From NCBI RefSeq assembly GCF_016433145.1, contig NC_058134.1, positions 197,360,847 to 197,423,182 of the forward strand: a stretch of 62,336 nt of DNA. Direction: 5' to 3'. Source of the DNA: Gracilinanus agilis (lineage: Eukaryota). The notes under the pieces were generated by a model. The model was given only the letters and a program-made list of their open reading frames with translations, had not been told where the DNA came from and ran no database searches. This document shows, one piece after another, positions 1 through 11,069 of the stretch (position 1 is its first letter; each line of letters starts with the position of its first letter). Both the position numbers and the translations under genes were made by a program.

Positions 1-25
1 TTCTTTCTTTCTTTCTTTCTTTCTT
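1..25. repeat. (TTTC)n microsatellite
   Basis: Direct reading. Confidence 0.9.
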
Positions 26-268
26 AAATAACCCTTACCTTCCATCTTTAAATCAATAGGGTATATTGGTTCCAAGACAGAAGAACAGTAAGGGCTGGGA
101 AACGGAGGGGGGGGGAGGGGGAGAAGAGGTTAAGGGACTTGCCCAGGGTCACACAGCTAGGAATCTGAGTATCTGAGTTATCAACAAGTATCTGAGGTCA
201 GATTTGAACCTAGGACCTTCCCATTTCTAGGCCTGGCTCTCAATCCACTGAGTCCCCTAGTTATCCCC
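26..268 (-). mobile_element. SINE1_Mdo/MdoRep-like CORE-SINE
   Basis: Reverse complement of the tRNA-like head (ctcagtggattgagagccaggcctag) and the ggaaggtaagggt-A tail; G-rich internal insertion. Confidence 0.8.
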
Positions 269-1084
269 TCCCCTTCTATTTCTATGGTTTCATTACTGCT
301 CTAGAACCCTATCCTTTCTCATCTCTCCACAACTACTGCCCCTGATTCTTTAGAGGGGTTGTATCCAGCAACAAGAGATCAAGGTAAGAAGTGAAGGAGG
401 ATTCCCACAATTTCCTGTTGGCCTTGGAATCAGAATGCTAGATTTAGAGACAGAGGATCTAAGTTCAAAGCCATTTAATAGCTCTGGGTGTCAGTTTTCT
501 CAATTTTAAGATGGGGGAAGATTGGGCTAGAAGATGATCAAAGATTCCTTCCATCTCTCAGTTTCTGGTCTTCGCTATTCCCATTTCCCCCACTCCCCAG
601 TTATCTAACCATGTAGGACCCATCCTATTTCCCTCATCAAGGGGCAGTGAAAGATATGGATGAAAATGCCTGAATATGGCCTCTTGTATAGCACCCACCA
701 TAGAGTGGTTAGCCCTGGCTTTCGGCCAAATCAGCCATAACAGAATTTAGCCCCTTGGGGGTATCCTAGAACCGATCCTCTCTCCCAGGATCTGTAAGTA
801 GTCTGGGAGAGATCCAGATACATCAGGGTACCCAGAAGAATTTCTCCAAGGACTCCCTGAACTGTTCTTGACCCAAATGCCAAAGAGATAAGCTAGAACC
901 AGCCTGGCCTTGGAGAATAGCCTTGCTTCTTCTTGTCCTCGCCTCCTCCAGCTTTCACCAGAGAACGGAGAGAACTCCCCACTCCTCCTTCTTTATAGCC
1001 ACAAGACCTGGTTTTCCTTTGTCCTCTACCAGAGAGGAATGCCTTTTCTAATAAGCTCTTTGACTCACAGAAAATCCCACTGGC

Positions 1085-1252
1085 TTTTTTTAAAATCTTT
1101 ACCTTCTGTCTTAGAATTGATGCTAAGTATTGATTCTAAGGCAGAAGAATTGGATAAGGGGTAGATAATTGTGGGAAGGGTCTAAGACCAGATTTGAACC
1201 CAGGTCCTCCCGACTCTACACCTGGTGCTCTATCTACTGTGCTCCTAGCTGC
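1085..1252 (-). mobile_element. SINE (MdoRep-like), internally deleted
   Basis: gatttgaacccaggtcctcc and the aaggcagaagaa tail motifs. Confidence 0.7.
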
Positions 1253-1389
1253 TGAGGGTAAGAGAGAACCCCTTCTTTTGGGGGGATAGTTCTTCTCCCC
1301 ATGGGTGAGGGCTGCGGCTGCCATTGATCAGAATATTCTCTTCTCTGCTCAAACCCAGAGGTCTAGAAGCTTGTCTTTCTTTTCCTTAG

Positions 1390-1496
1390 GGACCCTCTCA
1401 GGCCATGACAACAGGGTCAGTTGCCTGGGGATCACAACTGATGGGATGGCAGTAGCCACAGGCTCCTGGGACAGCTTCCTCAAGATCTGGAACTGA
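1390..1496 (+). CDS. GNB3: G protein beta-3 subunit, last coding exon (rest of gene upstream of window)
   Basis: Acceptor tttccttag|g then (G)[34 protein letters not shown], the C-terminal WD40 repeat of G-beta. Position next to CDCA3/USP5 indicates GNB3. Confidence 0.95.
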
Positions 1497-1997
1497 AAAG
1501 GGTGGCAGAAGATGAGAGATAAGGGGCAACTTGGACTTCTGATGCCCACATCCTATTGAAGATTTGAACTCTCCTGCTATATTTCCTCAGGATGTCCACC
1601 TTAGAGGGCAGGTGGGGTTTAGGAAATGTAGACAAGAAAGAACATGCAAGTAGCAAAGCTTGGGTCAGAATGGCCATAAAAGCCGCCTTCCCTCCTACTT
1701 ATGTGTAGCTTTCCTTCCCACCTTCATCAGTGATCATTTTGACCCCTACTTAACGTCTTCCTCTTTCTCTCCAAATACCCTTCACAATCTCCAAAGCAAG
1801 ATGGCTAGCTCTGAAAGGAAGCAGGGATTTATAAAGTCTGAGATTCTTCACCAATAGTTCCAACAACCACCACAGAAGACCAGATCTAGAAGGTTTTGGG
1901 TAAACCAGAACTTCTTCCCCATCTCTGTGCCCTGCTTAGTGACCCTCTTGAATCCCTGGTCCTTTTCCTTGCGGCCCTTCTCTTCTAGCTCAGATTC

Positions 1998-2019
1998 AAT
2001 AAAGGGTTGATTGAATAAA
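1998..2019 (+). terminator. Tandem AATAAA poly(A) signals, probable GNB3 3' end
   Basis: AATAAA at 1998-2003 and 2014-2019, ~500 nt after the GNB3 stop. Confidence 0.6.
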
Positions 2020-2926
2020 GCTCATGTTCAACAAAGGGCAGCTCTATTGTATAATAATCTTTGTGAACTGGCTCACATTCATTCTTCTTGGGCAATGAGG
2101 CTCCATACTTGCCCTTCATACACTGATTGCTGTAGGTGACCCAACAAGAACCTCGACTTCTCTTTCCATCAAAATGGAAGGTCCAAAACTCTAGGACATG
2201 AAACTTCTAGAACTTTCCAGAGATCCAAGAAGGGGAAAGGAAGAAGCCTGTGCAGATACTAGTAACAATAGTCCCCAGGCTTTATTTAATCTTGGGCAAA
2301 AGGTGGAATGAGGGAACCAACTCAGAATCCCTTATGTGAGGGCAGTTATAGGAAGAAGGAGTGAAGAGGGAAATAATGGTACCCATGGCTGCTGGGCAAA
2401 GTCTGGAGCTAGAACAGGTGACAGAATGAGAGGTCGAGAATAGAATCATTTTGCTACTTTGGAGAAGACAGAAAGTAGAAGAAAACGAGACTTGTCTCAG
2501 GGTCTCCTGCTAGTCAGGGGATAAGGAATAGTTTTATTGGGAGTTCTTTAATGAAGCTATAATATTATCTATGTAATTACTCCCTCCAGTGGTACATTTT
2601 ATCACCCATCTACAACTTTTCCAAAACAACTCTGTCTATGTACCCTTATAAGCCTTTCAAAGAGGATCCTACTGACACAGTGGAAGTCTTCCCCTTTTAG
2701 CATCCCCTCAGCATTTAACTGAGCTCTGCACTGGTTATCCTTGCTCTTTCTATGTCACTAAATAACCTCCTTTTTCACACATTTCAGTATGTAACCCAGG
2801 ATCAAGATCCTCTGAGTGCTGTACTCACCCAGACTAGGTCAGATCTTGGAGATGGGTCCAAAAAAAAGGTCATTATCTCTTTGGCTTGCATGCCCTTATT
2901 GAGAGTTTGCTCTGAGAAATCTCCAA

Positions 2927-2928
<2 letters not shown>

Positions 2929-2978
<50 letters not shown>
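2929..2978. repeat. (GT)25 microsatellite
   Basis: Direct reading. Confidence 0.97.
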
Positions 2979-2980
<2 letters not shown>

Positions 2981-3122
2981 TGTCCACAAAAGTGATTAAT
3001 GGGATTCCCAACTCTGGAAAAAGCACTCAAGGTAATAAGTATATGTTAGGTAGAGGATAGTCTTTATTTGACCTCACAGAAAAAAGATAGAAGGTACAGA
3101 AGACTCAGAAGAGCCTATAAAC

Positions 3123-3316
3123 CAGTGATTCCCAAAGTGGGCGCCACCGCCCCCTGGTGGGTGCTGCAGCAATCCAGGAGAGCAGTGGTGGCCACAAGTG
3201 CATTTATCTTTCCTATTAATTGCTATTAAAATTTAAAAAAAATTAATTTTCAGGAGCACTAAGTAATATTTTTTCTGGAAAGGGGGTGGTGGGCCAAAAA
3301 TGTTTGGGAACCACTG
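3123..3316. mobile_element. hAT-superfamily MITE (194 bp)
   Basis: Terminal inverted repeats CAGTGATTCCCAAA...TTTGGGAACCACTG and a perfect 8-bp TSD CTATAAAC (3115-3122, 3317-3324). Confidence 0.93.
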
Positions 3317-3888
3317 CTATAAACAAATAAGAAAACACACATGCCACTTATCCTTTAAGCTCAGTTGAAGGCCACATTCTGATATTCTAGTGAAATAAAT
3401 TTCTCCTAGATGGTGCCACGTAGGATTGTATTTGGAAGGCAAACACACTTTGGAACTGCTCCTCAGGCAAACTCTTTCCCAATGAACCTCGTCCAAATAA
3501 GTCACATCAATGATAGAAAGTAAAGTCTTCTGCTTCTTTATCTTATTATAGCTTTGGTTTTTTACTGATGCCGTGGTAAGTGGCATTTGGGTAAACTTTT
3601 TCCTTTTCCAAAAGACATGCTGTTCAGAAACTTCTTTCCAAAAGATCAAGTCTCTGAACTCTCGGTCTTAGAGCTATTGTTGAGACAATTCTCCCCAAAT
3701 GGTTGCCACCTAAGAAAATCACCCTTTCCTGCCAGAAGGATTCTGGGATCATGTAACCCAGAACATCTCCCTCCCCTTACTGGGATATACCGTACCTAGA
3801 CTTCAACTGTAGGCCATAGTAGTGATCCTATATTTACCCCATCATATATTTCTGCCAGAACTCTTGACAATCTCTCACTGCCGTGCCT

Positions 3889-3934
3889 ACAAACCAAAAC
3901 AAACCAAAACAAACCAAAACAAAACAAAAAAAAA
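3889..3934. repeat. (AAACC/AAAAC)n simple repeat
   Basis: Direct reading; forms the pyrimidine tract of the minus-strand acceptor at 3886. Confidence 0.85.
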
Positions 3935-4249
3935 GCATCCGTGACCCAAGTTTGATGAAGGAAAAAAGCAGTCTCTTGGGTTAGAAAGTTCTCCTCTAAC
4001 TTCTTAAATCTGGGGAGGGAGAGGCAGAGGCATACTGGTTTTGCCAGCCAATTACTAGCCGATGCTTTCTAAATGGGAATGACCTATCCACAAAATTCGC
4101 ATCCTGGGAGGAAAAATATGCCTCAGAGTACATGAGCCTAGAGTGGACAAGTCCACCCCACTGTCCTCTGGTCTGTCAATTGAACAGGAAAAGTTAAAAT
4201 TGGTACAAGGAGCAAAAGATGAGGTGAATGAGAAGACAAAAGCGTAATC

Positions 4250-4437
4250 TTTTTTTTTTTTTTTTTTAAACCCAACCCTTACCTTCTGTCTGGTTCCAAG
4301 GCAGAAGAGCACTAAGGGCTAGGCAATGGGGGTTGAGTGACTTGTCCAGGGTCACACCGCTGGGAAGTGTTTGAGGGAGGCCATATTTGAACCCATTTGA
4401 ACTCCTGTCTTCAGGCCTGAGCCATTTAACTGCCCCC
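4250..4437 (-). mobile_element. SINE1_Mdo-like SINE
   Basis: Poly-T, aaccttaccttctgtc, gtgacttgtccagggtcacac. Confidence 0.85.
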
Positions 4438-5289
4438 AAGGTTTGATCTTCTAAGGATATTGATTTATTAAGCGATGCTTAATGTGTCCATTGCTAATCA
4501 GGACTGGGCCCCTTCCTCAGCTTAGGACTGGACCCCAAATACAGAGGGAGACAGACTTTTAGACATGAAAAACAACTCATCAAGGCCAATTATAAGGAAA
4601 TTCCTTACATCTGTCTTAGAATCTGACATTTTCCCGTCAACATATCCTAAGGGTGTCTAAACAGCGGGGGTCAGGTGGTCCCATTTCCCAGCTACACAGG
4701 GCTGGGTTCAAACAATGCAACAATGCAATAAGGTTTTCTCCCAATTCCCAAGGTTATATAGGCTTTTCTCACAGGCCCATAATTGAATAGAAGCTAAGCT
4801 AGCTCCAGAATTCAGTCACAAGATGGCGTCACTTCCTGTGGTTCACTCCATTCTCCCAATGGCCCATTTGCTGTCCTAATCTCAATTTCTTCACAGGGAT
4901 GGAGGAGGGTATTGGCTTTCTGTTCTAGACCAGCAGAGAGGAGTCATTTGTATTCTGCCTCTCACCTGGACTATGCCTCTTAAGTGATCTTCCTATCTCA
5001 CACTTCTACTCCTAGCTGCTAAAGTGAATTTTTTCTTTTCTTTTCTTTGGGGTAGAGTGGAGGGCTGGTAGAGGTGGAGGTGGTGGGGTGTAGGTTTGAA
5101 TTTCAACTTTATTTATTTTTTATTAATTTTTATTGGGAGCTTAAGAAATACACACAAAAATGAGCATTTCTACAAACAAAGTAGGACAAAGAAGATTGTA
5201 AACATTTAGAAAGGATGAAATTGTGAATCTCGAATCACTTCTTTGTAAAAAAATATATGTAGAGTAAATTTTAACATATGTATTTATTT

Positions 5290-5492
5290 AACAAACCCCT
5301 TATCTTCTGTCTTAGAATCAATGCTGTTTATTGGCTCCAAGGTAGAAGCATTATAAGGGTCAAATAATGGGGGCTAAGTGACTTGTCCAGGGTCACACAG
5401 CTAGGAAGTATCTGAGAGAGATCAGATTTGAATCCAGGATCTTCCATCTCTAGGTCTGGCCCTCAATCCATAGAGCCACCCAAATGCTCCCT
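5290..5492 (-). mobile_element. SINE1_Mdo-like SINE
   Basis: Same consensus motifs. Confidence 0.8.
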
Positions 5493-5614
5493 AAATATAT
5501 TACTTTAAAAATTGTCCTGCTTCTCTCTGTTGCCTTCTATACTTCCATCTGTCCTTCCCTATGAGCTTATAAAAAATTGTTTTAATGTCCCTTCTTTTTT
5601 CTTTTTTACTTTTA

Positions 5615-5619
5615 TCATT

Positions 5620-5652
<33 letters not shown>
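5615..5652. repeat. (CAT)n microsatellite
   Basis: Direct reading. Confidence 0.9.
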
Positions 5653-5653
<1 letters not shown>

Positions 5654-5960
5654 ACTCCTTCCTGCTTCCCCCTCCTCTTCTAAGTTAAAAACAGGGGTAA
5701 AAAACCTCTTATAATAAGTATAATTAAGCAAAACAAATATACATTTTGACTCTTCCCCAAAATGTATCTCTTCCTACACCTTGAATGGATAAGTCTTCAG
5801 CAAGGAAGTAGAATATAATGAATGTTTCATTAATCCTTTGAAGTGATGCTTGATTACTGTATTGACTGGTGTTTTTAAGTCTTTCAAAGGTGTTTTCCTT
5901 TAAAATGTTATTATTTTATATAAATTCCTCTCTTGATTATGGTCAGTGCCTGGCACATGT

Positions 5961-6208
5961 TTTGTTTTGTTCAGTCATTTCCATTATGTCCAACTCTTCT
6001 TGACCCCATTTGGAGTTTTTTTGGCAAAGACCCTGGAGTGGTTTGTCATTTTCTTCTCCAGTTCATTTTGCAGATTTGGAAACTGAGGCAAACAGGATTA
6101 AGTAACTCGCGCAGGGTCACACAGCTAGGAAGTATCTGAGACCAGATTTGAACCCAGGTCTTCTGGACTCCAGGCCCAGGGTTCTATCTGCTATGTCAAC
6201 TGGCTGTC
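5961..6208 (-). mobile_element. MAR1-type CORE-SINE
   Basis: gaccccatttggagttttttggcaaaga...ggaaactgaggcaaacagg...gtcacacagctagg. Confidence 0.8.
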
Positions 6209-7125
6209 CACTTAGTATGTAGTAGGAGCTTAATAAATAAATGCTTGTTGTGTAAAATGACTGACGAATCTATTCTCATCTGAGGGTCAGCTCAAGACGC
6301 TGAGACCTTTTCCAAAGAAGAGCTCCAAACTAGCCAACATATTTCCAGTTCTAATCAGTAATTATTTTTGTCCTCTTCATAAGGTACCAGTAGGCACTTC
6401 TCTACTCCAAAGCAACAAGAAGGGGCTCTTTCAAAAATCCCAATTATGGGCTGCCTGCTGAGGAAGCCCATCTAGTTAATTGGAAACCTGTGTCGATTGA
6501 TTCTGCTTACACCTTTGACACTCTTCCTTGCATACAAAATATCCTTGGGAATATTTCGTTGCCCAATATTTATGCCCAACGTATATTTTTCTGCTGCCTT
6601 TCGGGCCATCCACAAATCTGATTCTTAAGACCGTGATAGTCTTCGTTTCGCAGCCATAGGATCATCCAAAGAATCCAGTGTTGAAGGGAAGGAGCCTTGT
6701 TGCAGGAAGCAGCGAGGGATTGGTGAATGCCCAGCAACTTCTCAAACACCGCCTTCCATTCTGGATCCCAATCGCTCTTTACCGGTAATGTTTTTCCAAG
6801 AGCCTGACCTATGGGGAACGCATGTAGATCAACTCCTCTTGCAGTATTTTATTCTCCTCACTCAAATACAGATGGATCTGCCTGGGAGATCTTGATTCAA
6901 GCAAATATGGGAGATTTTTGCTGTGATCTGGAAAGTGTACTATATATTTTTGGTGATACTATTCCCATTCCACATATAACACCCATGTATGTCAAAATCT
7001 TGTCCTAGAGAACAAAATGAAAAGTCTAGGATAGTGTGGCCCCTCCATCACTCCAACCTCCAGGCATGCCACCTACAACACTCCCAAGTGATGCCCTAAC
7101 TAGATTAAAATATAATTGGGGAAGA

Positions 7126-7245
7126 CACTTCCCAGCTGTGTGACCCTGGGCAAGTCACTTGACCCCCATTGCCTACCCTTACTACTCCCCTGCCTTGGAG
7201 CCCATACACAGTATTGACTCCAAGACAGAAGGTAAGGGTTTTAAA
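7126..7245 (+). mobile_element. 5'-truncated SINE1_Mdo-like SINE
   Basis: agacacttcccagctgtgtgaccctgggcaagtcacttgaccccc...ggtaagggttttaaaaa; a second fragment at 7322-7415. Confidence 0.85.
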
Positions 7246-7739
7246 AATATATGTAATTTGGGATAGGGGCAGATAGGGAGGCTTGGTAAATAGAATAAAC
7301 CAGGTCTGAAGATGGGAGGCTTTGGGTAAGTCACTTGACCCCCATTATCTAACCCTTACCATTCTTCTGCTTTGGAACCAATACACAGTATTGATTCTAA
7401 GAAGAAAGGTAAAGGTTGGGTTTGTTTTTTTTTTCATTTTTCATTTTACAATATTTTTACATGTTTACATATTTCATTTTCTTTCCTTCCCATCTTCTGT
7501 AGAGATGAAAATTAATATACAAGAACTAAATATTATATTTTATAAGGTTTTACTTATAATAAACTAACATAAAAAAACTAGAGTGAAAAGGTGCTAAACT
7601 AACTTCAGCCACGCTTGTGAAGAAGAGAGTAAGAGGGAGGAGCTACAGAACTTATAAAACAATAACATGACCATGCAAATGTGACCACACACAAACATGG
7701 AGGTGCAGGAGAGATTAAAGGGAATTTTGGGAAATACTA

Positions 7740-8690
7740 AGGGACTTCTGGGGGATGAAGTCCAAGGTTCAAAATCTCCATTTATACACTTCTCTCCCCA
7801 CTTCTGGATCCAATAAATACTTCCCCTGGATTATACAAATGTTATTACTTATACCTATTTCCATATTATTCATTTTTGCAATAGAGCAATCTTTTAAAAC
7901 CAAAACCCCCCAATCATATATCCATGTAAATAAATGATAAGTCATTTGTTTTTCTTATGTGCTTCTACTCCCACAGTTCTTTCTCATGATGTGGAAAGCA
8001 TTTTTTGTCATAAGTCCCTTGGGATTGCCTTGTATTAGCAAAGTCCATTGCATTGGATAGTCTCACAATGTTTCACTTTCTGTGTAAAATGTTCTCTTGG
8101 TTCTGCTCATTTCACTCTGCATCAATTCCTGGAGGTCTTTCCAGTTCACATGGAATTCCTCCAGTTCATCATTCCTTTCACCACAATAGTATTCTGTCAC
8201 CATCAGATACCACAATTTATTCAGCCATTCCCCAGTCAAGGGACATCCCTTCATTTTCCAATTTTTTGCCACCACAAAGAACACAGCTGTGAATATTTTT
8301 GTACAAACATTTTTCATTATTATCTCTTTGGGGTGCAAACCTAGTAGAGGTGTTGCTGGACCAAAGGGCATGCATTCTTTTTTTTTTTTTAAACCCTTGT
8401 ACTTCGGTGTATTGTCTCATAGGTGGAAGAGTGGTAAGGGTGGGCAATGGGGGTCAAGTGACTTGCCCAGGGTCACACAGCTGGGAAGTGGCTGAGGCCA
8501 GGTTTGAACCTAGGACCTCCTGTCTCTAGGCCTGACTCTCACTCCACTGAGCTACCCAGCTGCCCCTGGGCATGCATTCTTTTGGAGCCCTTTGGGCTTA
8601 GTTCCAAATTGCCTTCCAGAATGGTTGGATCAATTCACAACTCTACCAGCAATGCGTCATTAGTGTCCCAATTTTGCCACAACTAAGTAT
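7740..8690 (-). mobile_element. L1 3' fragment (ORF2 C-terminus and 3' UTR), split by a SINE
   Basis: ORF 8063-8371: PFGPATPLLGLHPKEI...KNWKMKGCP...EWLNKLWY...DLQELMQSEMSRTKRT, typical of the L1 ORF2 C-terminus. Confidence 0.9.
8382..8567 (-). mobile_element. Young full-length SINE1_Mdo inserted in L1
   Basis: 16-bp TSD gggcatgcattctttt (8366-8381, 8568-8583). Confidence 0.92.
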
Positions 8691-10667
8691 TGTTTTTTAA
8701 TGTAATTGAATAATATTTAGGAAAATATATAAAAATAAAAAATAGACATGTTTACATTTTTTTTGTAGTTCTCTCATCTCAATTGTATCCAAGTCTTCTT
8801 GACCTTATTTGGGGTTTTCTTTGGGGTGATTTGCCATTTCATTCTCTAGTTCATTTTATAGATGAGGAAACATAGGCAAACAGGGGTAAGTGACTTGCCT
8901 GGGGTTATACAGCTGGTAGACTGAAACTAAGTTAATATGTGAATAGCAGAGATCCTTGTGTCTGGATTAATGGTCTCCATTTGAGTTTGACATCATTGGT
9001 CTAAACTAGAGGTACTTGCTTTGAAATAATGGATATACTTTGAGGAAACAAAACCAGGATGTAAAGAGGCAGAAAAGAATTCTCACTTAGGAAGCTGGAG
9101 GATGGAAGAACTTGACAACAAGAAGGAAGGACAGAAGAACCAATCGAAATCTGGAACATTATGATGGGCATGAAAAGTTCTTTCTGTAGAGGGAACCAAT
9201 GGACCATTTTGGGGAAAAAGAGCTTCTTACTTTTCATGGAATGATGATGTAGACCCTTGGGTGCCATTGGATAAGAGATAATGGCCAAAGGTAATCTAAT
9301 AATGGTCAGAGGAAGAAGGGAATAGTGGTGGATGGAGGTGATACTGAAGGATACTGAAGCAGCCATTTGTTGATGAGATCCTGAGAGGTCTTCCACCTTC
9401 TTGGGACACATAACTAGGACATGAAGGACAACATTACAAGAATTGTCTAACCTAATGACCAGTAACAGTGATTCATGCATGGACAAAAGGAACCTTCAAA
9501 AAATTTGAGGAACTGGGTGGGAAGGAAGAGGCCACATATGTAACACTTGCTTTATAGTGGAATAGTAACAAAGAAAGGAGATAGTAATACCCAAGAAGAA
9601 AGCCAGAAATAATAATTCTATAGTGCTTCGTGGCTTACCAAGGATTTTGCATAAGTGAATCCTCCTGAGCTATATATCTCATTCGCACACCCTAACAAGC
9701 CTAGGAGGCAAGAACTTCAGGTATCGTTGTTCCTAATTTAGAGATGAAAAAACTGAGGCTGAAGATCATTAAGGGATTTTCCTGAGGCCAAATGGGTAGA
9801 AAGTGGCAGATAATGAAATATGAATCTAGATCCTCTGACTTGAGAGTCAACACCTTTTCCATTCTATCACAGGGTATTTTCTGTCTCATTCGTAGTGGGC
9901 ACCAAAGAAAAAGGATAGGGATGGCCACTAGTAAGAATGAGATACCAGTAGAACTGACCAGCTTCTGAAGCAGCCCTCTGCACTTTTAGACAACTCTAAC
10001 TGTTTTAAGAAGTTTTTCCTGATGTCAAGCCTAAATCTGCCTCTTTTCATCTTCCCCCGACTGTTCTTAGTTCAGCCTTCTGGGGCCAATCTGTTCTCCA
10101 CATGACAGCTCTTCTAACATTTAAAGGGAGTTAGCATGGCTGCTCCTCCCTACCAAATCTACAGGTGAAACATTCTCAGTTGGGTCAGCCAATAATTATA
10201 ATAATAATAACCCCCAACATTTAGATAGCACTTTAAAGTTTGCGAAGTCCTTTCGTGGTTATTTCATTGGATCTTTAAAACAACTTTGGGACTCTAGAGA
10301 GACATTGTCATCATCCCCACTTTATAGATGAGAAAGAGCCTTGCTCAGAGGCACTGAGTTATTAAGTGTCATTTGGCTTCAACTCAAGTCTTTGTGACTT
10401 CAAGTCCAAACTGTCACTCTATCCTCTATGCCACCCAACTACTTTTTCCATCTTTGTTGCCCTTTTCTGGATACTCTCTAGTTCATCGATGTTTTGTTTT
10501 GTTTTTTTAGATGATAAGATTCACTTTTAAATGATAAGATGATAAGATTTTTTAGATGATAAGATTCAGAGTGCAGGGATTCCCTTGTCTCTTTTTGTAT
10601 CTTCAGCTTTTAGCACAGTGCCTGGCACATAGTAGATGTTTAATAAATAAATTGATTGATCAATTCT

Positions 10668-10878
10668 TTTTTTCCCCCTTAAACTCCTATCTTCTGCTTT
10701 AGAATCAATGCTTCATATTGGTTTCAAGACAGAAAAGTGGTAAGGGGTAGGCAATGCAATGGGGAGTTGTGATTTGCCCAGGGCCTCAAAGCTAGGAAAT
10801 GTCTGAGGCCAGATCTGAACCCAGGACCTCCCATCTCCAGGCCTGACTCTCAATCCATTAAGCCACTTAGCTGCTCCC
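10668..10878 (-). mobile_element. SINE1_Mdo-like SINE
   Basis: Consensus motifs. Confidence 0.8.
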
Positions 10879-11069
10879 TGCTTGATTGATTCTTAAAACT
10901 ATGGCTCTCAGAATTAAACATAATATTCTAAATGTCTAAAAAGGGAGGACAGAACATGGAGGGACTATGACTAATAGCGTGATTGAAAAAGTTGAGAGAA
11001 ACCTATCATGTCTCCTCTTTAAAACCTTTAGAACTTGGAAATGACCCTCAAGTTGTTGCAAGAGTTGTC

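Larger units (their letters stand above)
1985..9700 (-). pseudogene. Candidate unannotated multi-exon gene remnant (identity uncertain, possibly LRRC41-like)
   Basis: AG..GT bounded segments at 9639-9700, 6511-7004, 4609-4656, 4084-4172, 3796-3886, acceptor at 3728, 2829-2911, 2383-2506 and 1985-2190. Several adjacent pairs are phase-compatible in their open frame. In-frame stops and frameshifts are present. Confidence 0.4.

Noticed and set aside
1349-1549. Minus ORF whose [16 protein letters not shown] looked like an LRRC41 LRR exon
   Set aside because: It is the antisense of the GNB3 coding exon, so its sequence is dictated by GNB3; this shows how easily by-eye matches arise
6785-6812. GQALGKT as a Walker A (NACHT) motif
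   Set aside because: Spacing does not fit GxxxxGKT, and no in-frame Walker B or other NACHT motifs were found
9001-9486. 161-aa minus-strand ORF
   Set aside because: No recognisable domain, TTG start after a stop, not in frame with the nearest acceptor; likely the shadow of a purine-rich old repeat
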